Under the pieces are notes generated by a model. It did not search any database and had not been told where the DNA came from. It was given only the letters and a program-made list of their open reading frames with translations. A stretch of 64,000 bases of DNA from Guillardia theta CCMP2712. Its lineage: Eukaryota; Protista; Cryptophyta. The translations under genes were made by a program, and so were the position numbers. The DNA is taken from NCBI RefSeq assembly GCF_000315625.1, contig NW_005434555.1, forward strand, positions 28,490-92,489, given 5' to 3'. Positions within the stretch are counted from its first letter, which is position 1; each line of letters opens with the position of its first letter. Shown here in pieces: positions 38,674-50,208 of this stretch.

Positions 38674-39974
38674 ATGAAGTACGCCTTGGTCGCGCTGTTT
38701 GTTGCACAGCTTCTCTGTGCAGAGGCTTCTGTCTTGACCGCAACTTCGACTCTCCCTGTGAGAACACTCTTGAATGCCGAGAAGCTGAACACGAGGAACT
38801 GACTGCAGCTCAGGTGTCGAGCGCCTTCACTACTTTGGAACCTTCGAGTACCTCAAGACTTGCACTTCGTGGTGGAAGTGCTGAAGGTGAAAGCCTCGTG
38901 ATCCGATGAGTTAGCATCTTCACGATCTTACTATCTCTAAAAACAGATGATGAGATCGCAAAGGAGGCTGCCGCCCTCGGCAAGGTGATGCGAGTTTGCT
39001 ACGAGTTTAGGAGCTGACCCTTCCCCTCAGGTCGCCGTCACTTTCGAGGTTTCAGTTCACCACCTGAGGCCCGCCAACGGCCCACCAGTGAAGGTTGACG
39101 ACCAGTGGCATCGGAGGCGAAGCTTGTGATCCGTTGGTTCTTTCAGGTAATGGTGGTTGGCAACACCCCCGACCTTGGCCAGTGGGACGTCAGCAAGGTA
39201 TGAAGATGAGATGGCCTGTGCTCTTGGAGGAGGAGGAGGAGGAGGAGGAGGACAAGGAGGGCGAGGTCGAAGGCGAGGAGGAGATGGCCTGTGCTCTTGG
39301 AGGAGACATGTGCTGACTTGTTCCGTCCTCTTGCAGGGAATCTCCTTGATCACGACACCTGAGAACTTTCCTATCTTCACTGGAGTTGCCTTCACCGACC
39401 CCAACACCGAGGTGGGAGCTCGTCGTCCTGTGCTTGTTCGTGTTTGTTGTCCGTTCCCTGCTCTCCCCGTGCAGATCGGCATCGGAGGGATCGGACCCTG
39501 CCCCTTTGCCATTCCTTCTTCACCTTCGCTCTTCTTTAGAGCACCTCCTGCTTTCCCGTCTGACGTCAACATGGCAGTTGGAGTACAAGTACGTCATCGT
39601 CAAGGCACAGCCTGGAGGCCAGGGACCTGATAGCCAGTGGGAGGTGCAGTAGCGGGCTGGAAGCTCATCTCTAGTGACTTGATGAGCAGGCAAACAACAG
39701 ACAACTCAAGGTTGGTACCAACGGTGTCATGCACGTGAAGAACGCCTACATCGAGAACCGCCTGTCCGATCCGAGAATCACCGACGAGCCCTTCCAGGTA
39801 CAGAGGGAGGGAGGAGGGAGGGGATGAGAGGAGTGGAAGAGGTGTACAGGGGAAGGTGGTTGTGGAGGACGAGGGGGGGGAGATACGGTGCACGAGTGCA
39901 GCTCGTGACTGTCCTTGCAGCTCACCGCGCAAGAATGGTCGAGGTGGTTCAGGCATCACCTTAGCGTACACTAG
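38674..39974 (+). CDS. CBM20 starch-binding domain protein with signal peptide + LRGG leader (probably periplastidial)
   Basis: MKYALVALFVAQLLCAEA...RLALRGG. CBM20 pattern VAVTFEV...CDPLG..W...LITTPENFPIFTG...LEYKYVIV...SQWE.NNRQL. Confidence 0.8.
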
Positions 39975-40139
39975 GCTGAGAGTTGATCGCGCTCTGCCTG
40001 AGCTGTCTATCTGATCTTGACTGTGACAACATTGTTCCTGTGATTCCGAGACATCTGAGCTCGTGTGAAACTCCTAGATCTGAACGCGTTCACTTCCTCT
40101 TAGCCTCTTCTTCCGCTCCTATTCTCTCCTGACGTCAAA

Positions 40140-40191
40140 TCCTCCGCTCCTCCTCCTCCTGCTCCTCCTGCTCCTGCTCCTCCTGCTCCTT

Positions 40192-40256
<65 letters not shown>

Positions 40257-40292
40257 CCTGCCCCTCCTGCTCCATCTCCTGCTCCTGCTCCT
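40140..40292. repeat. (CCTGCT)n microsatellite
   Basis: Seen directly. Confidence 0.9.
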
Positions 40293-40629
40293 AGCCTCTT
40301 CGCTCCCAACTTCTCTTTGCACTTTCCCCGACAAACCACTCCTCCCACCCCCGTGTGGTCAAATCACCACCGGTCATTTCCAGACAAATACCAAGAGGAT
40401 GGTAGGGGTGGTCACCCTCCCCCATTAGGGCAATGCGTCTCTAACCAAAGCAAGCAGCCAGATCCCTTCTCCATCTGCCCTCGTTCCTCCCTCCCTCCCT
40501 CCCTCCCCTCCCTCCTTCCTTCCTCCCCCTCCCCTGCCTCCCTCCCTCCCTCTCCTCTGTCCCTCCTCCCTTCCCTCCCTTCCTCTCATCCACCTCGTTT
40601 CTTTCGGGGCATTGGGCATCCACGCTGAG

Positions 40630-43600
40630 ATGAAGTGTCATGATGTGATACTTGTTCTCTGCTTCTTGGCTCAACCTCTGCACGGCGAGGAGAAGCAACA
40701 AGAGGAGAGATATCCCTCCGACTCTGTGCAAAGATTCGTAGAAGAATACTTCAAGACTTCGTCGAGACACACTCTCTGTCTCCTCTGGGGCCCCTTGCCG
40801 AGGTGGTTTGCTCCCTCTTCTCAACTCTGTCACTCCGTCCCTTCCTCTCCTCTCCTCTCAGCTCCCGTCTGCCTCCCTCGCTCTTGTCCTCTCCAACCCT
40901 CTTCTCTTCCTTGCTGACCTCTCCTTCCTGCGGCAGGAGTCGTCTCCTGCCGACGTTGCGCAGGGGCTGCGAGGCGATCATGGAAGTTGCCGATGCATGG
41001 GAAGTGGACTTGAGATGCCGGCGCAGCCATGGCCTTGTGCTCAACACGTCGAGCCTGGAAGAGCCGGGGATCGTCTGCGGAGGAGGAGACGAAGTCAGCG
41101 ATCTCCTCCTCGACTCCTCCTGGGGTCTGCCAGATGCTGTCATTTACTCTCTTCCCTTCTCCCCTTCGCTCGAGCCCTTCAGCAATGAGCAGGCGGCACA
41201 GGTTCTGTCCCATCCCCACGACGACCCCCTGACGCACCCGGCAGCTCCGACAAGTCCTGAGGCCCGGGGGTACCCTCCTCTTCGCCTCCCCGACAGTCTT
41301 CCGATCCGCTCCCTCCTTTCTTGACGTCAGCATGCTCCCTGAGAGAAAGTTCTCTGTAGCCTCCCGCCTCTCCCCGAGGAAACTGCCAGTCTCTCGTGCA
41401 GCCTACGCTAGTGACACTTGCTGCCAGGCTGGTGAAACAGAGCCTGGAGGCAGCTGGACTGTGCGTGAAGGATGTGAGCGCACGAGGATCGCCGACATTC
41501 ATGGTATCCTGCTCCTGCTCCCGCTCCCGCTCTTGCTCCATGCTGCTCCCGCTCCCGCTCCATCCTGCTCCTGCTCCTTCTCCTTCTCCTTCTGCTCTTC
41601 CTCGCTTCGACATCATCACCCTCCTCTCTGCAGGTCGGTGTCATGCACGGAATGGGGTTCAGCGACTTCTCCAGCGAGACGATCGTCGGAGGAGGTGAAG
41701 GGGAGGAGGAGGAGATGAAGGGGAGCAGGAGGAGGTGAAGGGGAGGAGGAGGAGGTGAAGGGGAGCATGGAGGCCGAGTATCGAAGGAGAGGCAGATGAA
41801 AGGAGGGGCAGGGGGGGAGGACAGTCTTACAGAGGCTCTCAGGAGCTAGGGAGGAAACTTTTCGATGGTAGACTGGAGAGAAGCGGAGGAGGAACGAGGA
41901 AGCAATGCGGAAAAAGAAAGAAGGGATGGGGAGGAGAAGGGGATTTGAGGAGAAAGGGGAGAGGGAGGAGGAGAGTGATGAGATGGAAAGAAGAGCGCAA
42001 AAAGTCAGAGGAAGTGATGGAGAGGAAGGATATTGCTGTTGGAGGCTCATGAAGGATGACAGGAGACGTGGATGAGAATTTTCCCCACACCCTGACGGCC
42101 ATGGCGGTGAGAGGAGAGAAATGCGAAGAGAGTGCGAGGGAGGACAGAGGAGATGGGAAGCGGAGAGAGGACGAGGAGGGAATCAAGGTGCTGGTGATGA
42201 CGCAAGCGACACACACGTACTACAGGTGCGACGGATGAAGATGAGGAAGAGGAGGGAAGGGGAGGGGAGGCAAGGGAGGATGGGTGGGAGGCGGGGAGAC
42301 GGGGGAGGAGGAGATCAGAGGAAGGAGGAAGGAGCAGATGCAAGAACGAGTAAGAAAGGAGGATGGTGGAGAGGAAACTGTCAAGGGAGAAGAATGACGT
42401 GATGCTTCCAGGTATGTCGCTGGACTTGCAAAATCCCTGGATGAGTATCTAGCGGGGCAGGGCTGGGAGATCATGTCCTCGTCCTCGTCCTCCTCGTCCT
42501 CGTCCTCCTCCTCGTCCTCGTCCTCCTCCTCGTCCTCGTCCTCCTCGTCCTCCTTCTCCTCCTCCTCCTCCTCCTCCTCCTTCTCCTCCTCCTCGTCCTC
42601 TTCCCCTTCCTCGTCCCCGTCCTCTCAGATTCACGTTCGCCTCATCGTCTTCACCGACAACTCGGTCTGTCCTCGTCTCCTCCCGTCGGCTCCTCACCCT
42701 CCCACAAGAATTTCGACCATCACCGGGAGACTTGTCGTGATCTCAAGAGGTATCCCAGCTGGAGCCCTGCAACTCCCAGCTGAACTTCAGTACAGAGTGC
42801 GGGTAGAGCACAAACACGTCCCTCACTGGGGCTGGCCAGGTTGCTCTTGATAGCGTCTTCCTCCTCCCTCTGATTGGACCTGTAGAGCTTGCGCTGAGAC
42901 GGTGGCAGACGTACTTGCAGGCAGACCTCCTCCTCCTTCTTTTCTTCCTCCTCCTCCTTCTTTTCTTCCTCCTCCTCCTTCTTTTCTTCCTCCTCCTCCT
43001 TCTTTCCTCCTCCTCCTTCTTTTTTTCCTCCTCCTCCTCCTCCTCCTCCTCCTCCTCCTCCTCCTCCTCCTCCTCCTCCTCCTCCTCCTCCTCCTCCTCC
43101 TCCTCCTCCTTCTTTTCTTCCTCCTCCTTGTCTTTGTCTCTTGTCTCTTGTCTCTTTTCTCTTCCTCGTCCTCGTCCTCGTCCTCTTCCTCGACCTCCTC
43201 TACTTCGTCCTCGTCCTCGTCCTTTTCGTTCTCCTTCTGATTCTGTATCCTTTAGTTCTCCTCTCTTTCCCCCCCCCCTCTTTTCCTTCTACCATTTGAC
43301 TTTCCAGCAGGCGGAGGAAGCAATCCGAGACGTCGACTTCGTTTTTCACATTGGTAACACAGAAGATGAGAAGAGAGGCAGGAGGGGGAGGTGGAACGAG
43401 ATGAAGATCTTGAGGAGCGAGGAGGAGCAAAGGATAGGGAGGTAACGAGGAGAGAGAGAGGAGAGCAAGAGGACAAGGAAGAGAGAAAAAGAAGGAGAGG
43501 AGAAAGGGGAAGAGGGTAGCCTTGGAAGATTCACAGTAGGAGCAGCACAGCATTAGGATGTGATTGACTCCGCAGACTGCGATGCTCGATTGGTCAGGAA

Positions 43601-45221
43601 CATCGCTCCTCTCATCTTGTGGGGCAAGGTGTAGGCTCTGAACTGCTGCTCGTGCTCCTGCCCCTGCTCCTGCTCGTGCTCTTGCTCGTGCTCTTGCTCG
43701 TGCTCCTGCTCCTGCGCATCTTCTCATTCTCATTAACATCTCAGTGTTTCTCCGCTCTCTTTCTCTCGCGCCCTCTCCTCCCCATCAAACTTTCATCTCA
43801 CCGCTGCACAGTCCTTTGGAGTCGTGCATGCGGACAATGCCTACTACTCGGGGGAGGAGGTGGTCTCGCTGGAGGAGGGGGAGGGCAGGTGAGGGATAGG
43901 ATTACCAGTTGCCTCACACGCTGAGAGAGGAGCAGAGAGACGCGGGACCTTCCTTTCTTCCTCAACGAGCTGAGGTCGCAACCACGAGGATATTTCGATC
44001 AGGAAAGAGCCTTCCTCTCTTGCTCTCCTGCTCTCCTGCTCTCCTGCTCTCCTGCTCTCCTGCTCTCCTGCTTTCCTCCTCCCTTGCATACACCTCACTC
44101 TCCCATTCTTCCTTGTGTCTTCCTGTCTCCTCCTCCTGCCCTCCTCTCCCACTGTCCTCCTGCATCTCATTTTCTCTCCTGACTCTACGACAGGCTTGCT
44201 TCCCTCGCTTTTGCCGAAGAGATCCTCCGTATCACGTGGCGGACAAGCAGGTCAGGGAGGGAGGGAGGGAGGGAGGGGAGGGAGGGGAGGGAGGGGAGGG
44301 AGGGGAGGGGAGGGGAGGGAAGGGAGGGAGGAGAGAGAGGGAGGGAGGGGGGAAGGGAGGGAGGGCGAAGGTGTTGGAACCTGACGATCATGAGCAGAGA
44401 TGCAGTATGCTTTCCCATGAAGGACTTTACTACTTCTACTCTGGTATCCTCCTGCTTCCTGTCTCCTCCTCCTCCTCCTCCTCTCCCCCCTCCCTCCTCT
44501 TTTCTTGTCATCGTCTCCCTTCCCGCGCTTGCTTTTGTCCCTCAGATCTGCTCGAGCTGCCCTTCATACCTGCCTGCTTACCTGCCTGCTTTCCTGTGTC
44601 CTCTCCTCCCCTCCATCCCTGAACCACCACAACCACCTCCTCCTCCTGCCTCCTCCTGCCTCCTCCTGCCTCCTCCTGCCTCCTCCTCCTCCGATGGCTG
44701 TTCTGAATTCTCCTCATGCTTTCTCAAGGCTTTTTCGGGGGCCCAGCAAACTGGATGCTCAACGCACTTCACACTCTTGTTGCCTTCACTGCAGAGGTGA
44801 TCCTTTTCTCTCTTCCCTCTTTTGCCTCCTTCTTGCTGGTCCTCGCTGGTCCTTGCTGATCCTTGCTGGTCCTCGCTGGTCCTTGCTGGTCCTTGCTGGT
44901 CCTTGCTGGTCCTTGCTGGTCCTTGCTGGTCCTTGCTGGTCCTTGCTGGTCCTTGCTGGTCCTTGCTGGTCCTTGCTGGTCCTTGCTGGTCCTTGCTGGT
45001 CCTTGCTGGTCCTTGCTCCTCCTCCCTCTCCTTCCCTTTTCTCCCTCAGGGTTTCAGCTCGTCTTGCTTCTGCTCCATCTCCTCACATGATCCTCCCCTC
45101 CCCCGTTTCTCACTGATTGGAGCTGGCAGGATGTGACGAGAGGGTTTGTTGGAGCTCGAGTTGATGATGAAAGTTATCTCAACCGCTTCTTCTGGGAACA
45201 GCCGCCCGACCGCATTCTCAC
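40630..45221 (+). CDS. Signal peptide + methyltransferase-like domain + GT6 (ABO/alpha-1,3-Gal(NAc) transferase family) glycosyltransferase; 3' end probably lost in the gap
   Basis: MTase-like motifs LRQVLRPGGTLLFASP, SLEAAGL, DENFPHTLTAMAVR. GT6 motifs IKVLVMTQATHTYYRY, LIVFTD, WP.LALRRW, DFVFHIDCD, GVVHA..YY, EGLYYFYSGFFGG, DDESYLNRFFWEQPPDRIL. The GT6 exons join in frame. Confidence 0.82.
44830..45016. repeat. (CCTTGCTGGT)n decamer repeat in a GT6 intron
   Basis: Roughly 18 tandem units. Confidence 0.92.
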
Positions 45222-45475
45222 GTAACTCTCCTCCTGTCCTCTCCTCTCTCCTCTCCTCTCCTCTCTCCTCTCTCCTCTCTCCTCTCTCCTCTCTCCTCTC
45301 TCCTCTCTCCTCCCTCCTCCCTCCTCCCTCCTCCCTCCTCCCCTCCCCTTTCCCCTTTCTTTCTCCCTTCCCTCTNNNNNNNNNNNNNNNNNNNNNNNNN
45401 NNNNNNNNNNNNNNNNNNNNNNNNNNNNNNNNNNNNNNNNNNNNNNNNNNNNNNNNNNNNNNNNNNNNNNNNNNN

Positions 45476-46664
45476 GGGGCGTTGGGTGGGGGGGAAGGGA
45501 GGGAGTTCCCACCTCCTGGATCGTTTCAGAGGGGTCGCCCTTGGCAGCGACGACACAGATGGGAACCTTCAGATTCTTGGCAAAGTCCTTCTCCTGTTCC
45601 CGAAGCACATCAGATCCTCCTCCTCCCCCCTCACTTTCTCCTGCTTCTCCTGTCTCTTCTACTCCTCTTCCTGTGCCTCCTGATCCCCCTGCCTCTCTTT
45701 CTCTCCCTCCTCTCGCCTTCTCCTTCTTCTTCTTCACCTTTTCCTTCTCCTCAGCGCCTCCCTCCCCCCCCCTCCCTCCCTTCCTCCTCCTCCACGTCTC
45801 AAGGTCCTCTTCATCCTCCTTCTAACCTTGTCCCAGAAGGCCGCATGCACGGCGATGGTGCTGCGAAGTCCCTCGGTGGCCTCACCACCGAAGCGCATGC
45901 AGATGTATCCTCCCCAGCAGAAGCTGCCGCGAGCATGAGTACAGCAGCTGCTATAGGAGGGGAAGGCGTACCCCATGGTGCTGTGGGAGGTGACGCCCTT
46001 GCCCGCAAGGTACTTCTTGCACACCTGCAGCTGGAGAGGGAGGTCAGAACAGAGCTTGGAGGTGAACATGACTGAGGGGGAGACGAGCCATGCAAGAGGC
46101 ACGTGTGGCGTTCGAGTCGACGGTGGTGAAGCAAGAAAAGGGCCTACATGTGTGTACCTGGCTCAGACACTCTGTGTAGAAGAAGCTGCCATCGGAACCA
46201 GCGATCCAAGCTGAGAGGTTGTCCTCAGGCTTGGGAGGGAACTTGTCGATAGGCCATGGCTTGTTGTTGTTGTTGACGAAGATGTCGGGGACGACAACGA
46301 GGAAGCCGTAGGCAGCAAGACGATCACAAACTTGCTTCACCTGAGGGCACTGGTCCTGAAAGCCGAAAATGTCGTAGATGACAATGACGGCATGGGATCC
46401 TTACAACGAAATATAAGAACCTAACCATCATACACGCAAATTCATCATAGACTCTGTTTGCTCTGACTGGTTCCACATCAAACTTTACCCTTAGACACCC
46501 GCCTCTGAACGAACAAACAACAAGGCGGGGAGGAGTGAGAGTGTTAGAGATCAACCTGATCCAGTGACGTACATGTTGTTTCCCTCGAACGTTTCCATCT
46601 TGCCAACAGGGTTGTACTCTGCCTGCAGCGGCTTACCCGCCTCCAAACAGCATGCCGACGCCAT
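45476..46664 (-). CDS. Dienelactone hydrolase family protein (3' end in the gap)
   Basis: MASACC, VIVIYDIFG, CDRLAAYGFLVVVPDIF, nucleophile motif G.CWGG, VPICVVAAKGD. Confidence 0.88.
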
Positions 46665-48506
46665 TGCCTTGCTAGGTTCTCTAAGAACAGGGGAGGGCAC
46701 CTGGCAAGATAAGGGTGGGTGATCCTCGTAAGGGGCACCGACACCGATATAGTCAGACCCCTTCCTTCTACTATTTTGAAAGGGGTGATCGTTTCGCTGA
46801 GGGTAGTGTGGGTGGGGTGGTGGTGAATAATCTCCTCGGCGAAGCACTCCGCATCCCCCAAATAAAGAGACCCTACCCCTACCCCCTCAAAAAATCCTCC
46901 ACCCCTTCTTCGATAGGTAATTCATTGGGTCTTCACCTACCCAACGTCATCTATCACCCCACGCATTGGGTACACATAAAGAAAGATCTCGAAGGATCCC
47001 ATCCGACCTAGCTGAAGGCTCGGAGTCACCATATTTCAGAACCGCACGGTTCGGAAGTTCGACTTGAAGTTCCGACCGGTGACCCGGCACGGTCCCCGGC
47101 GGGCAAGGCCGGAGGCTCCGCAGCCGCTGAGAGCAGCCTTGCTGCACACACTGTGACAGCGGCAGCACTTGTGCATGGCCCCGGCCGCCGCTGCATGGCA
47201 CTGAAAGTGCAACTGAGGCTGGTCCGAGGCTGGTTCACAGGGCTGTCTCAGCCGAGCCTGATCACAACGGTCTTGTGAATCATTGGGTGGCATGGCACTG
47301 TCGGACTGACTGCCAGCCTGAGAGTCCGGCACACAGAGGCCCGGTTCCGAAGTTCAACGCCGCTTGGCCGGTCACGCCGCCGGGCGCGGCCGGGGGCCCC
47401 GGCGACCCCGGGCCGGCCGGTCCGGCGGCCGGGCCGGGCGGGACGGGGCCATGGTGGCCGGCGGCCCTGCCGCGGCAACTTGGTACTACGGTACGACTGT
47501 TTCAAGAGGTCTTATAGCTTTCAAGTATTTTATAGGAAAAGACATGTATTCGAAAATTAAAAATTATTTATTATATAGGTTCCATTTTACAATCAGGTTT
47601 TGGTAAAAAATCATCGAATAAACTAGTTTTCATAATTTAAAAGTTTTTTCGAGTTTACGGCGTTTTGTTTTCGGGGGTCATGATCGATTGAACCCCACCC
47701 CCTCTTGGACCTCACTACCCAATCTTACCCACAGATTTCCCATCTAATCTACCCCTACCTGTGTACCCCCACCCATCTTCCTCATTCACACTTTCTTTCT
47801 TCATAGGGGTACCCCAACCGTTGCTCAAAGAGGGGGTGGGGTGGACTGGGGATTGGAATGTTTGTCAACATATTCCTGAGTTGGGGGGTGCTCGGAGTTA
47901 GTGCGATGGGGTGGGGTAGTGCAGTGTGGTGTAACCTGGTACCCACGGAATAGGTCGAAAGGGGGGTAGGGGTCATGGAGTCGGAAGACAATGGGGGTAA
48001 AGGGGTATTTTCATATGTTTCTTGATCAAAGGTAGGGTGTGTTTGACTGGATATGCGAGGGGTGGGGTACTTGATCTCAAGACGTTTCTTCATGGAGCAT
48101 GCCGCGATACACGCGACCTTTCCTCCCCTCCTCCTCCCCCCCGCCCCTCCTCCGCCCCTCCTCCCCTCCTCTTCCCTCCTACCTCATCTTCTCCTTACTC
48201 CTTTCATATCATGGCAAAGCACTCTTTATGCACCGCCTGCGTCTCATTCTCCTCTTCTCATGACACATGTTTGCCCCCTTTTTCCCATACGTCCTTCCAT
48301 CGCATCGAACTTGCTTGTATTGTTGCCAACCTGATGCCCGTCTGGAAAATCATTGATACAAAAAGACCAGTTGTTTGTTGTATCGCAGTCCCTTTGGACC
48401 TCTTGGTCGACATATCCCGTACTGTTCTTTACTTGTCTGAAGCTGTGTACCTTTGTGAATACGCCCAGGTAATGCTCGCGGGCTTTTCTGATTTTCCCTG
48501 CAGACA

Positions 48507-50208
48507 ATGATAAGGAGCGTCAATATCTAGGAATTCAGCTGACTGCACTACTCTGCCACTAGCGTTGAGAACATTCCAGACGATCCACGAACTCTCCTGG
48601 TCCTGCCCATGTCCTTCGAAAGGACAAGTTTGTCTTGTAGCTCGTATTGTTGAGGTCTGGGCAAACGCACCAGCAGTCTCTCCCCCACTGTTCTCCCCTA
48701 AGAATGTCGGCGGCAGAGATGTTGCAGGTCAAACGGCTGCAAAAGCGGCGAACCGTGAGCAGACTAAGTCGCTCGTTGAGCTTCTGGACGACCTTGTACC
48801 TCGGCTGGTGAAGTGCAGGCGGCACAGGTCAGGGCTCAAGTCAGGACGGAGCGTCAAGCAGCTGCTGGAGGACCTGAGGGTTCACATCGGTAGGCTGCTG
48901 AAGACTCCGATGGAGGTGAAGGTGATAGACGAAGTGAGCATAGACGAGGGCATCACGGACCTGGTACTGAGGAGGGGGTTCTTGGAAGCGCAGGGGACGC
49001 TGATGATGACTGTGAAGCTCCCTTGCTTCACCATCCTCTCCTTGAGTCATGGCATCCGCAAGTACTTCTCGGGGATCCCGTTCTCCGGCCCTGTGGGCCA
49101 GTCCCTTGCTCACTTCGTCCCTGCATGGGACCTCCCCAAGTTCAGTGAGTTCGTGAGGGTCCTTGTAGAGTCCGGGGGCCGGCAGATCTCAAACGCCGAG
49201 TTCTGCCTCCTGACCTTCAGGTCGAACCTCATCCAGTGTCTTCCCTGCACCGTTGAGAGCGCCTGGCTGCAAGACGACCGCTATGCCTTCCTCTTCTTCA
49301 GCCTGCCTGAGCCTGGACCCCCCAGCAAGTTCCCCTCCAATGTCGACCTGGACGCGCTGGAGACGATGTACATGTACGACGACCTGGCATCCTCCATCGC
49401 GCCGTGGGATCTGGAGAAGGAGATGCACAACATTGAGATCGAGCAGCTTGACAGCACTTTCTGCGTCGACTGGAACTCTCTCTGGAGCAACTTGGAGATC
49501 AGAGCGGCACTGGACAGCGTGAGTGAGCAGATGGGCGCAAGGCCGACGCAGCTTGCGGCGAGGAGGCTGCAGGTGAAGCAGCAGGTGAAGGACGAGAACG
49601 GGCCGGTAGTGGTGTCGGAGTTCCGGATCAAACTGCCCTCGTTCCTGGGGTCGTACCAGAGCGAGTGGTTCGGGTGGAAGCAGGTCAGGCTAGACGGGAC
49701 AATCTTCAAGATCGGGGATGGAACTTTCGCCACCTTCTGCGCACATTCAGACTCGCCGAAAGACGCTCTGCGCATCACTGAGTTCAAGTTCAAGCAGGTT
49801 GGGCGAGGATGGTCGGTCGTGGGAGCCGTAGTGGGGCCGGTGGGAGGGGAAGGGGAAGTAGGAAGGATGAGAGGTGGAAGAAGGAGAGGAGAGGAGAGGA
49901 GAGAAGAAAAAAGGAGAGAAGAGGAGAAAAAGGAGAGAAGAGAAGAAAAAAGGAGAGAAGAGGAGAAAAAGGAGAGAAGAGAAGAAAAAAGGAGAGAAGA
50001 GGAGAAAAAAGGAGAGAAGAGGAGAAAAAATGAGAGAAGAGGAGAAAAAAGGAGAGGGGAGGAGAGAAGGAGGAAGGGAGGAGAGGGGAGTTAGTGATGA
50101 AGGTGTGCAGGAGGGCAAGATGATGCGATGTTATCATACAAGGAGCATCACGATAACAAAGGAGAATCGATTGTTTCAAGGTCACGTGTATCCCACGCGG
50201 TCGGGCAA
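48507..50208 (+). CDS. Putative bHLH-like + PAS domain protein
   Basis: ANREQTKSLVELLDDLVP...RSVKQLLEDLRVHIGRL resembles helix-loop-helix. LMMTVKLPCFTILSLS...GQSLAHFVPAWD resembles PAS. Long exon within ORF 48565-50094; both ends uncertain. Confidence 0.5.
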
